Source: Octopus sinensis
Lineage: Eukaryota
Direction: 5' to 3'
Assembly (NCBI RefSeq): GCF_006345805.1
Contig: NC_043005.1
Location: 92,876,001 to 92,940,000 of the forward strand
DNA length: 64,000 bases
Shown here: in pieces, positions 52,021 to 64,000 of the stretch
Position numbering within the stretch: position 1 is the first letter of the stretch
How the letters are laid out: the number at the start of each line of letters is the position of its first letter
Translations under genes and position numbers: made by a program
Notes under the pieces: generated by a model
Told to the model about the DNA's origin: nothing
The model's input: only the letters and a program-made list of their open reading frames with translations
The model's database searches: none

Positions 52021-53099
52021 AAGTACATCTCCTGCAGGATAGCTTTCTCAGAGACCACCGTATGACGGAGTGAGATATTCTATTAAAGACTTTCTCTAGA
52101 TCAACAAATGCCCAGTACAAAGCCTTGTTCTTAGTTATATATGTAATGAAATTATATTGGTCTTTATATTGGACATCATCAATCATGTTTCTGCTCACTG
52201 AAAACACAATGTTTTATTTATATTCTAATCCCAACAAAGAATCTGTTTTGAAAATGTATTGAAAATATAAATGTGGTACCTGGTTTAAATATTAAACTTG
52301 TAAAACTCATGTTCCTGTTAACACCCAATGCTCCACTTACCTCCCCTATGTGACCCCAAGAGGTCGCTACTGCTCTGATTAAGAATCACTAGACTTGTGA
52401 ACTGTCATTTCCACGAGATAGAAATGGCTGTGGAATATAAAGTGAGACCTCATCAACTCTATATTATTAATATAGCAATAGGTTTAATAAATTGGTTGAA
52501 ACAGGAAATTGAATATCATTGCTGTAGCAAATTCCTTCCCATTACATTATGAATTCAAATCTCAAAGGAATTGAGCTTTACTTTCATCTTGCAGGGTTGA
52601 TCAAACAAGTGGCAACAAAATTACAACCTGATCAATTCCTCTGACTTTATTCCTTTTTCTGTAGAAATTTTCCTAATCAATATTATTAGGCCAGTGATCA
52701 TAGTATACTCAAGGAAGAGGTTACTAAAATTTTAGTGCCTCACTATTTTGAGTCATGAGTTGATAGAATAAGATTTATTAATGTACAAGGTCGTAAATTA
52801 TTGATTTCTTTGAATAAAACCCATGGAGAGTCTGTTTCCTTAATTTAGGGTTCTTAGATTTTACATAACAGTTCTCAGTAATATTATAGGTGACTTATTT
52901 TAGCTACCCCAATATCCTACAAAGTTGACTCACGAAGGACTTAGGACGCTAATGATGAAAATCTGGGTTCACACTGTATCAATATCTGGTTTAGGTACCC
53001 AGTATGGTTGCTCGATAAAATAATAATTATTATAAAGTGTTCATGATTTAATGCCACTGACGACATATATCTATTCCCTACAATAAGGCCAGTCATCTT

Positions 53100-56000
53100 T
53101 ATTTCCGTCTCTGTCATGTTGGCATACGAGATACTAGCAACCGAACTCCCTGCCTTTCAAGACTAGAATAAGTATTACATCATCGTATTTCTTACGCTCA
53201 TTGCTTTCGAATTCTCTCCTTCTTTCCCTCCTCGCAAACTGAGCATTCTGCGAAGCAAAGAAAAATTGTCTGCCGTTAGGTTTGATTACTCAGTAATATT
53301 TACTTGAGTGAATCCATGTCCGTGCGGAATTACACGGACATTTATATATCCATGACAGTATGTGTATAAATGTGTACGTGTGTATATATACAAACATACA
53401 TAACAATGTAAAGGTAACACACACACAACAATGCCAAGGTAAAACACACACACGCATTACTAACATATGTGTCGTTACTTTACTTAAGTGACTTACAGTA
53501 TTTATTCATTGTAACTTTTACACTAACAAACAACTTCAAATCACAATTTTTTTTACTTAAATGACCTCGTGTCAAACGCACGAAAAAAAGTGTGTGTGTA
53601 TGTAGGTCCTAGATATATTTTGTAAAACCATTCTCCAGCTGCATGTTAGTAACTGTAAGTGGTGACAATCACTTAACTACCTATTTGCTGCACATTAAGA
53701 TTGCATCTGTAGCTTTCCTATTCTTTTGCAGCATATTTGCATCCCGTATATATTACATCAGCTGTCCAATTTTTTTCGTCTATCTATCCTCTCTATATAC
53801 CAATATATCTATCACTGCTCTCGTAACCCGCTAGCCTAGCCACGCACCCCTCTCGCTGTAAATTAGTGCAGTCTTATCTCAGTTTGATGCAACCATACCG
53901 ATATACTAACATCTCTCTCTCTCTGCTATGTAAACAGTAAATCCTGCCTTCCGGTAGTTTTTAATGCTTTAGTTGCGCGAGATTGTGTGTATATGTGTGT
54001 GTGTGTGTGTGCGCGCGCGCAGTAGTGTTATGGCAATTGCTTCGATTGCTGTTTCTTGTTTAATGCACATGCGATATGTGCACTCTCTCTACTGCAGTTA
54101 CTACTGCCAACCAGGGTGGATCCTTCCTTGTCTTAGTAATGCCGCAATTGTTTAGATACCCAAACCCAGACCAGTACCCCACCACCACTTCAGTTCTTGG
54201 TTTGCAGCAGCGGCAACAACAACAACAACAACGCCTGTAACAACTGCATGTACTGTTAGCAATATGCATATAAAGAGAAGCAATAGTGAAGCGATTGAGG
54301 TTAGTATTAACTTCTAAAGCCTTGCTATTGATTTGTTTTTGCATTTGCAATGAGCTGGGGGAAGAGAATATCTATAGTTTCGTTGCAAAGGTCAAACAAC
54401 TATATTTAGCAACGTGGGCCAATAATAGCTAACTCCCTGAATGAGGAAGGGAATAAATATCCAAGCACCGTAATTTCTGTCTACTGAAAAACCAAAGGGG
54501 TGTGCGAGAGCTGAACACAAATCCACACAGTTAATACAGAATAAAAATAAATATTGATAATAAATAAAAATAGAAATATATTTACACATGCACGCACCGT
54601 CTTACAAATAGATAGTTATAAATAGACAGACAGATAGATGTTTATATTATTTAATTAGCTGTTAATAGAAACATGCCGCTTCTCACCCTCCTCTCTCTGT
54701 CTTTCTGACTCTCTCTCTCTTTCTCCCTTTCTCTTTCTTTCTTTTAGTCGCTGTGTCGCTACTAGTAAGCTGGCCGACTAACACCCCCCCCCCTTGACTT
54801 CAATAAATAGACTCTTCCAACCAGCCAGCCAGCCTGCCCGCCTGTCTGCCTGCATGTCTTCTCTGACAACATTGAGGCTGTGAGCAATGCTTTTTCGAAA
54901 CACTACCGTTTCTGGATGTTTGTACTTGTGATTCAACATGTCAATGTTAGCTGCCATCAGGTAGGTAATCGCAGACTGTCTTTTCTCTGTTAAATAACAC
55001 CAAGTAAGGCAACAGACAAATCTTTTTTCCTTGTCCACAGCTCTAAGACTAATGCTGAGACCAACTTTAAGCTTGTCTAGGAAATCGACTTCACTCTTGT
55101 AATTACCGCAGAGACCAGCACCAACAGCCAAGATGACGGTCGCCAGAATTCTACCCGCCACTCGTCCATTCTGGCCTTCTGTTGGTTTCTGCGAGTGGCG
55201 TTGAAGGTCTTCACACTACAACTAACCTTCTTTGACAATCCTCTGAAATTCTTTTGCATTTACATTCTTAATTGAAACTTTGTTCTCTGGATCTTGTCGA
55301 GGTGTATGGATAACATAATGATTTCCCAACACTTTGGTAAGAAAAGGGGCAAGTCCTAATGAGAGTAAATCTAACTAGTGGCTTCTGTAGATCTTTTATT
55401 TTTTAACTCTCAGTCGAACCAACTGAGCATGGCTTCACCCCGACCCCTTGTCATCTTTGTGTGTGTGTGTGCAATGGAAAATTGTTTATAATATATAAAC
55501 AGTCGGCAAAGAAGCTCAGTCCTTCTTATCTGCTGAAGCCACAATCTCGTTGCCTCACTACAACAAAACTGCCTCGTCTGTTTATTTCTATAATAAACAG
55601 TTGCAGCCAGCACTACTAACACAGTTATTAATAGCGACATCACAGTCGGTGCCATTACTTTGGTAATGAGGAAAATATAGCAAAACTATGTCATTTCTTG
55701 TTTAAGCTTTTCACTCTTCTATAAATTTCTTCTCTAACATATTGTGTAACTGAAAGAATCAACAACATTGCTATTTGTATTCAATGGTTTTGTATTATTG
55801 GAACATCAGATTTTAATTTGTCGTTTCTGCCAGTATTTTTGGTGTCAATTAGAAGAGGACTTCTCTATCATTCACGGATGTTGCCAGTTGCTTTATTTCA
55901 ATATGTTGTTTATACAGTGTTAACATATATATTCCACACACACTTGACACTGTCCCATCAACACACCCAGCGCATATGAAATTTCTATATTTTATTTACG

Positions 56001-57600
56001 TAAGACGACGACGACGACGACGACGACATGTCAGGCTAAAATAAGTTGCTCTAAAATGCTTACCAAGTGTTTTTATTTGCTTCTTCACCATCGTAATTCA
56101 CTTATGGTTTAATCATTGCAACTTTAATTATTATCGTTTTGCTTTCTAGTTGAAAGCAAACCTGATTTCTTTGTTAATGTTATCTCTTTTATTTTTTAGT
56201 CGAAAGTGTTTTAACCAATCTCGATTACTATATTATTATTTGCTGAGTAAACCATTTCGACGATTGTAGTTAGAGAGAGGGCATCGATTATGATGATGAT
56301 GATGATGAATGTAATAATTTTGTCCGAGACACGACAGCGAGAACAATTATATATTTTGATTACTGTTCTATTATTATTATTATTATTATTAATTTCTTGT
56401 CTTTATTCCAATAAGGGGAAATGGTGGTTATATTGGTAATGTTGAGTGGCATTGAGGAGAAAAACCCTCCAAAAACCATTTAAGTACGTTTTTATGGTAC
56501 AAACATCATCATCATCACCAATTGAAGGAGTCGAGTCCGTCTAGTCAGACAGCTGCCCGCCCAGAGGAAATTATTCACAATTCAAACTTGGCTCATCAAA
56601 AAAAAACAAAACAAAAAATTAATTTGTCATTACACAACCTTTTTCTTTTCTAGTTTTCTGATGTTTTGGGGGACTTGTTTTTGTTTCCTGTCGAAAGTTA
56701 GAAAATGAATTTCATATCCCCGCTTCTTCCCTTTACATTCACTCGTTTTTTCTGTTACCAACACTTTTATATAGCAAACACTTCTAATAGAATCTTTTGA
56801 TGAACTTCGCAGCCCCTTTACAAACACAATTCGTTACCACTTCATTAGCGGATCTACCCTGTCTCCCGTCCTATTTTTTTTTCCATTCATTAAACTATTT
56901 TTCTGTTCGTTTCTCTTACTGTCCATTTCACTCTGTCTTCGTATCTAAATATGTCTGTGTCACTTGTCTGCGTATTCCTCTACGATTATCTTATATTATG
57001 CGTGTGATGTCTGTCATATCCAGCCTAACTACCATATATTGATAATAATAAAAAAAGAAACCCAAATCGCTGTAGTTACTTTGTCTAGCCGATAGCTATT
57101 ATATAATTTACACTTCATTGTAAAGACTAACTCGTTTATTTAACAAGACAAATTGATCTCTTTTAATTACCGACGAGATATCATTATTACCTTTGGTGAC
57201 ACCTACCTTGGAGATTTGTTTTGATTAGTAATTGCTTTTTAAGGAATATCGTTAATTTTGAAACAATCTCTCTTCACATACAACACTGAAATTCCATATA
57301 TGATGTTTTACAAATACGCCCACATACACACACACACACACACACATAGAACAACACCTTCACACACACACACTGAAATGCGTATAAAATGTATTGAGTG
57401 GTGTTGCTATTGGCGAAAAAATGTCCATATAGAATAGAAGATATAGATACACCCACAACATCCGTGCTATCTTTGAATCAATGCTAGCGTGGAGCTAAAT
57501 ATAAGTTATCGATCTGCTTCGAAAATGAATATAGCGCGGTTTTATTTGCGGAATAGATAATTTCTGGTTGTGAAATATGTATTTAGAACTCATGGGCGCG
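53100..57600. promoter_or_regulatory. Putative promoter / gene 5' region (TE-poor, CpG-richer, short trinucleotide repeats)
   Basis: Visible excess of CpG relative to the rest of the window, absence of the LINE/SINE families, (CAA)n/(GAC)n tracts, exon-like 54748-54960 with strong acceptor and CAG|GTAGGT donor. Confidence 0.4.
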
Positions 57601-58470
57601 CGCACACACACACACACACAACACACACACACTGAGTCTAAGGTACGTACAGTTTACAACAACTCTTTTTATCTCTGTCAGGATTGTCTGTCTATGCGTA
57701 TTTATATATACATATACATATGTCTACATATACATTCTCCCATTTACATGTATGTGAGTGAGTGTATGTATACACACACAGCCATATATATGTTATGGAC
57801 ACTCACGTGAAAGGAGTTAAAAGCATTAAAATTTCATCCATTTTCCGTAACTTTGAGATTTATTATCCCTCCACATAAGTGGTCGCTCCGCTTACAGGAT
57901 GTTTTTGACATGCAGCTAAAAGAACGGGATGGTCATGGTTGGAATATTTTTCATCATCGGATTACTTAGTCAAGATTTGCCCTCCGGTTAAAGAGCGGCA
58001 ATCTTTTGCAGAATAAGTAAAGTTTCAAAACTCAGGAATCCTTTTGCATCGTGCTAGTTGCAAGTGATCGAATCAAGAACGAAATTGAAATATTTTAAAT
58101 TTGTGGTAGACATCTAATTACATTAAACTTAGTATATGTAAGAAAATGAAATAAAAACCCACGTAACCTCATTTTCATTCTGGAGCAAGTTGTTCTTTAA
58201 CCCCAGGTCAAGCTTCATAAAATCACTACCATTCCAGCCGGACATGACCAACAATATTTTTTCGTGGGGATCAAGGACTATTGAGTTGGTTCTTATTTAC
58301 GACAGGATGTTGTGATTTAAGGAAAATATTGATGATTATTTCTAGCACGTACACACTCGTTTTTTGCTCATCAATAGCAAGTGGAAACGGCATGTATGGT
58401 GGTCAGTCTTTCTCCCAAGTTATTTCCTTTTTTGGAAAGTACGAAAACAGATTCCATGAGAGAACTTAAT

Positions 58471-58506
<36 letters not shown>

Positions 58507-59197
58507 TATATATATATATGAGATAATGTATATAAGGTATTTATTTTCTGTATTTTTTTTAATGAATTGGTCAAATCTTAGACATACGTTGATTCCTACG
58601 ACTTCCAACCGTTGCAAGTGGGTGTATTCAGCAGAGCAATTTCTATGAACATAGAGTCAGAGCGTGTTTAGTCACCTGTTGTCACTGTCGAGTTGTATCC
58701 ATTAAAGAGTTCCCGATTTCTGTGTGACAATGGAATCGTGATTAAGAAGTTTGTCTTACAACACCTGCCTCTGTTCCGATCCTCATTTGTAGAGTACCTG
58801 GGGGAGATGGCGACCAGGGTGGTTTCAGGTTGAGATACCTTTGGTGTAGAAATTGTGGAACAATATGTCAAGGCAAATCATCATAAACACCTTTGTTTAC
58901 CGGTGCAAACAGGTGCGTCGACCAATTGTGTCCCTTTATGTCAAGAACTTAAAACTGATATATGTATACACACGCACACACACATATATATAAAAATACA
59001 TATACGTATATATATATATATATATAGCAATCTATATTATCTACATAATCTACATATAAGGATTGTGGAGAGGGTACAAAAGTAGAATGAAAACTAATGC
59101 TGGTGCTCCATCATGACCATAACCACCTGGCTGAAACAATAAAAGAATATATATATAAACACATATATACATATATATTTATACATATATATATACA

Positions 59198-59362
59198 TAC
59201 ATCATCATCATCATCGTCGTTTAACGTCCGTTCTCCATGCTAGCATGGGTTGGACGATTCGACCGGGGTTCTGGGAAGCCAGAAGGCTGCACCAGGCTCC
59301 AGTCTAATCTGGCAATGTTTCTACAGCTGGTTGGCGTTAGGAAGGGCATCCAGCTGTAGAAA
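59198..59362 (-). mobile_element. RTE 3' tail stub with a 5' inversion
   Basis: Minus-strand tail 59198-59330, then 59331-59362 is the upstream RTE segment in the opposite orientation. Confidence 0.85.
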
Positions 59363-59395
59363 TTATACATATTATATATATATATATTATATATA

Positions 59396-59426
<31 letters not shown>

Positions 59427-59482
59427 CATAATGTATATATATACATATATATATATATATATAATATATTATATATATATAT

Positions 59483-59765
59483 ACAGCTCTTCATATCCTC
59501 CCGAAGAACCTGAGGGACCTGCATGGGGTGGATGCGGATGTCTTAAAGTAGGACGGGATCTCTTCCTGTCAGTGTGTCCCGGATGAACCAACTTCACGCC
59601 AGGAGGTGCAGATGAGGGCATGCTGGATCGAACTCTCTCATGCACCAAATGGCAGTTGCTATAAAGCATTGTGAAGGTAAATTCATGTAGCAACACCAAA
59701 TGGCGGTGCCCCAGCATGGCCACAGCTCGTGAGCTGAAACTCAGATAATAAGATAAAATAAAATA
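59483..59765 (+). mobile_element. CR1 family-1 3' fragment
   Basis: Aligns to about 3110-3388; flanked by (TA)n. Confidence 0.9.
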
Positions 59766-59817
59766 AAAAATAAAATAAATACATATGTATATATATATAT
59801 ATATATTATATATATAT

Positions 59818-59856
<39 letters not shown>

Positions 59857-59926
59857 ACGTCTCTATATGTATGCATATATATATATATATAATATATATA
59901 TATATACATACGTCTCTATATGTTGC

Positions 59927-59964
<38 letters not shown>

Positions 59965-60171
59965 CGTCTCTATATGTATGCATATATATATATATAATAT
60001 ATATATATATATATACACACATACATCTCTATATGTATGCATATATATATATATATACATATCTCTATGTATGCAATTATATATATAATATATATATATA
60101 TATACACACATACATACATCTCTCTCTATATATATATATGTATGTATTATATATATAATATATATGTATGT

Positions 60172-60585
60172 AGGCGCAGGAGTGGCTATGTGGTAAGTAG
60201 CTTGCTAACCAGCCACATGGTTCCGGGTTCAGTCCCACTGCGCGGCATCTTGGGCAAGTGTCTTCTGCTATAGCCCTGGGCCAACCAATGCCTTGTGAGT
60301 GGATTTGGTAGACGGAAACTGAAAGAAGCCTGTCGTATATATGTATATATTGTATGTATGTGTGGTGTGTATATGTTTGTGTGTCTGTGTTTGTCCTCTA
60401 GCATTGCTTGACAACGATGCTGGTGTGTTTACGTCCCCCGTCACTTAGCGGTTCGGCAAGAGAGACCGATAGAATAAGTACTGGGCTTACAAAGAATAAG
60501 TCCCGGGATCAAGTTTGTCGATTAAAAGGCAGTGCTCCGGCATGGCCGCAGTCAAATGACTGAAACAAGTAAAGGAGTAAAAGAG
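60172..60585 (+). mobile_element. SINE family B, essentially full length
   Basis: Head aggcgcaggagtggctatgtggtaag, B-box-like gggttcagtccc, body, central microsatellite, CR1-like tail. Confidence 0.92.
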
Positions 60586-60625
60586 TATATATATACCTAC
60601 ATCTATATATATGTATGTATATATA

Positions 60626-60725
60626 NNNNNNNNNNNNNNNNNNNNNNNNNNNNNNNNNNNNNNNNNNNNNNNNNNNNNNNNNNNNNNNNNNNNNNNNNNN
60701 NNNNNNNNNNNNNNNNNNNNNNNNN
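60626..60725. other. Assembly gap (100 N)
   Basis: Run of N. Confidence 1.
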
Positions 60726-61142
60726 TAAGTATGCATAGCCATGGCGGGTGGTAGGAAGAGAGGAGTCCAGACAGACGGCAATGTAAAAAGAGGGGAAGAG
60801 AAAAAACCCCCGCGAAGAATCGGCAGCCAATTTCTATAAGGGAGATATATCTTAAACTATCTATAACGATAACTAGTGAATTATACAGAATATGCAAAAA
60901 ACGAGGCGAGGCTGAAAATAGTAAACAGAGTGGCGACTAGGGGGATCAGAATAATAATAATTAATAATAATAATAATAATAGAGATACGGATGAATTAAA
61001 GTTCAAAGATTTCTTATCTTGAGATCACTTCGTTTACGGACAGACTTGGCAAAGGAATTCGATATGCATATATATATATATATATATGCATATATATATA
61101 TATATATGCATATATATATAGTATATATGCATATATATATTT

Positions 61143-62442
61143 TTGATTTTGATTTTTCCAGTTTCAGCTTATGAGCTGTGGCCATGCTGGGGCACCGCCA
61201 TTTGGTGTTGCTACTTGGTTTCACTTCATGAAGGCTTTCTAGCAGCTGCTATTTGGTGCATGAGAGAGTTCGATGCAGCTGCCCTCATCTGCACCTCCTG
61301 CCGTGAAGTTGGTTCATCTGGGACACCTGACAGGAAGAGATCCATCTTCATTTTAAAGACATCTGTATCCACCCCATGCAGGTCTCTCAGGTTCTTCGGG
61401 AGGATATTGAAGAGCTGTGGGCCTCGGAAGCCCAGGCTATCACAGAATCTTGTCCTACATCTTGATGGCAAGTTTGGAGTCCTAGGCACCACTCAGTGGC
61501 GCCCAGTTCTGGCATTTGCGTAACTCTCGATGCCAAAGTTCAGGACACTTCCCTCCAGGATCTTCCAGATGTATATTATGGCATATCTTCCCGCCTACGC
61601 TCTAGGGAATATAATTTTAATTCCTGAGTCTTTCCCAGTAGCTTACATTTTGCATAGAGGCTATCTTCTTCGTGTAGCTTCGTTGGATCGCCTCGAGCTC
61701 TGTGATCAACTTGACAATGGATGGTGACCATAACTGAGAGAGCAGTAGTCAAAGTGGCTTAGGACAAGTGTCCTCCAGAGGACCATCATGGTTTCTTGTT
61801 CTCTTGTTCTAAAGGTTCTGAGGATCCATCCGGCCAGTCGTCTACATTTCATTGCCAATTTAGCAACATGTACACGAAAGGTCGCGTCATCACTCATGTA
61901 AATACCTAGTCACGCACTGATTGTGCCTCGGGATTGCTATTCCTCCGGGTCCAGTGTATCATTGGGTATTGCATTTAGTTTTGCATGCTGATAGTATAGA
62001 GCTTGAAACTTTTCAGCATTGAACTGCATGCTATTCTTTTCGGCCCACTTGTATATTTTGTCTAGCTCACATTGCAGGTGTTTAGTGTCCTCAGGGTTCT
62101 GTATTGCCTGTGAGACTTTTGTATCATCTGCATAACTTGTGATCGTGGCTCTCGCGTGGCTGAGGGCATGTCTGAGAGGGCCATTATGAACAGTAGTGGT
62201 CCCAGAACAGTGCCCTGCGGAACACCGCTCACTATTTGCGTGTTAATGGAAGTGGCCCCATTGGCCACTACCACCTGACTTCTATCTTTCAGAAAGTCAT
62301 GAAGCCATTCTCCCAGTTTTCCAACTATGTTGAGATCACGCAGTTTGTGACATATCATTCCATGATCGACTTTATCAAAGGCCTTTGCAAAGTCGAGATA
62401 TATGACTTCCACATTTGAGTGGTTGAGCAGCCGTCTCAGCAC
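61143..62442 (-). mobile_element. CR1 family-1 LINE, 5'-truncated ORF2 with tail
   Basis: [27 protein letters not shown] to the 3' tail; frameshifts; colinear with 2081-3388. Confidence 0.95.
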
Positions 62443-62520
62443 CCATATATATATATATATATATATGCATATATATATATATATATATAATATATATATA
62501 TATATGCATATATATATATA

Positions 62521-62903
62521 GGAGGAGCACTCCGTCGGTTACGACGATGAGGGTCCCAGCTGATACGATCAACGGAACAGCTTGCTCGTGGAATTAACGT
62601 GTAAGTGGCTGAGCACTCCACAGACACGTGTACCCTTAACGTAGTTCTCAGGGAGATTCAGCGTGACACAGAGAGTAACAAGGCCGGCCCCTTGAAATAC
62701 AGGTACAACAGAAAACACAAGTAAGAGTAAGAGAAAAGTTGTGGTGAAAGAGTACAGCAGGGGATCACCAACCTCCGCTGGAGCCTCGTGGAGCTTTTAG
62801 GTGTTTTCGCTCAATAAACACTCACAACGCCCGGTCTGGGAATCGAAACCGCGACCCTATGACCGCGAGTCCGCTGCCCTAACCACTGGGCCATTGCGCC
62901 TCC
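62521..62903 (-). mobile_element. tRNA-derived SINE, family C, 3' variant 2
   Basis: Head ggaggcgcaatggcccagtggttagggcagcggactc...gtttcgattccc; flanked on both sides by (TA)n; CpG-rich, so probably young. Confidence 0.9.
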
Positions 62904-63137
62904 ATATATATATATATATATGCATATATTATATATATATATATATATTATATATATAAATATGCATATATATATATATATATATGCATATATATATATA
63001 TATATATGCATGCATATATATATATATATGCATATATATATATATATATATGCATATATATATATATATATATATATGCATATATATTATATATATATAT
63101 GATGCATATATATATATATATGCAATATATATATATA

Positions 63138-63173
<36 letters not shown>

Positions 63174-63239
63174 TATATATAATATATATATGCATATATA
63201 TATATATATATCTATACTATATGCATTATATATATATAT

Positions 63240-63270
<31 letters not shown>

Positions 63271-63407
63271 GCATATAATAATATATATATTATATATATA
63301 TATGCATATATTATATATATATATATATATATAATGCATATATATATATATATAATATATATATATGCATATATATATATATATATATGCATATATATAT
63401 ATATATA

Positions 63408-63443
<36 letters not shown>

Positions 63444-63477
63444 TATATTATATATATGCATATATATATTATATATT
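62904..63477. repeat. (TA)n / (TATGCA)-type microsatellite field
   Basis: Directly visible. Confidence 0.97.
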
Positions 63478-63960
63478 CTTTTATTCTTTACTTGTTTCAG
63501 CCATCGGCTGAGGCCATGCTGGGGCACCGCCCTTGTTGCTACCTTCTCTAAGTCCAGTTTGCCGGCTGCGCCACTGATCTAGAGAGAGTTTGTAGCTGCT
63601 GCCCTTAGGTTACCTTCGTACCTTGCAGTGGGTTCATCTGGGATCCCGGAAGGCAGCTTGTCTAGATGTTTTTTGAAAAAGTCCACATCCGCATCATGTA
63701 GATCTCTAGTTTTCTTGGCAGTTTGTTGAAAAGCTGAGGGCCCCTGAACCCCAGGCTATTACAGTATCTGCTCCTTACTCGGATGTGGAAGACGGGACCT
63801 TTGGCACCACACAGTGACGTCCTGTACGGAATTGGAACAGCTCTCAATTCCAAAATTGGTGCTAGTCCCTCCAGGATTTTCCATATGTATATCAATGCAT
63901 ATCTCTCTTGTCTTCGTTCCAAGGAGTACAAATTGAGTTCCCTAAGCCTCTCCCAATAGT
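63478..63960 (-). mobile_element. CR1-type LINE 3' fragment (subfamily related to family 1)
   Basis: YSLERRQERYALIYIWKILEGL, LGFRGPQLFNKLP; tail ggcggtgccccagcatggcctcagccgatggctgaaacaagtaaaagaat. Confidence 0.9.
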
Positions 63961-64000
63961 TCTTTCTTTCATGGTGGAAATCCTCTTGGTGAAATGTCTT

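Noticed and set aside
57463-57540. 8-bp stem (ccgtgcta/tagcgcgg) enclosing a GAAA, hammerhead-like
   Set aside because: No CUGANGA core and no credible stems II and III
58570-58920. GC-balanced, coding-looking stretch with a CAG|GTGCGT donor
   Set aside because: Stops in all frames over the interval, no convincing acceptor in phase, no recognisable protein
59483-59765. Apparent A-to-G excess versus other CR1 copies (ADAR-edited retrocopy?)
   Set aside because: Several differences are CpG vs CpA, consistent with CpG decay in the other copies, and there are too few sites

Overview
Eukaryotic, AT-rich, microsatellite-dense genomic DNA, most likely from an octopus or other coleoid cephalopod (inferred from the tRNA-derived SINE families and the repeat landscape). 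There is one 100-N scaffold gap at 60626-60725. No host protein-coding gene could be identified with confidence, and most ORFs in the supplied track are translations of (TA)n/(CA)n/(TATG)n/(ATT)n repeats. The window is dominated by transposable elements: CR1-type LINEs (at least 3 families), RTE LINEs with a PHD-like insert and a tandem-repeat 3' UTR, Penelope-like elements (Naiad-like and Penelope/Poseidon-like), four co-oriented R4/Dong-like RLE retrotransposon fragments in (TAA)n/(TGA)n arrays, two mariner relics (one carrying a hAT MITE), Tigger/pogo relics and three tRNA-derived SINE families. A CpG-richer, TE-poor region at about 53-57.5 kb looks like a promoter or 5' region, and several well-formed splice-site pairs hint at a long minus-strand transcript. 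Three observations stand out. (1) There are three near-canonical type I hammerhead ribozyme folds and one variant, three of the four next to Penelope-like termini. (2) A tandemly duplicated insert begins at the predicted cleavage site of one hammerhead and carries a 22-bp inverted copy of its own 5' end. (3) Two diverged CR1 copies 60 kb apart share the same 5' breakpoint and the same ~1.3-kb length. All identifications were made by eye, without database searches.
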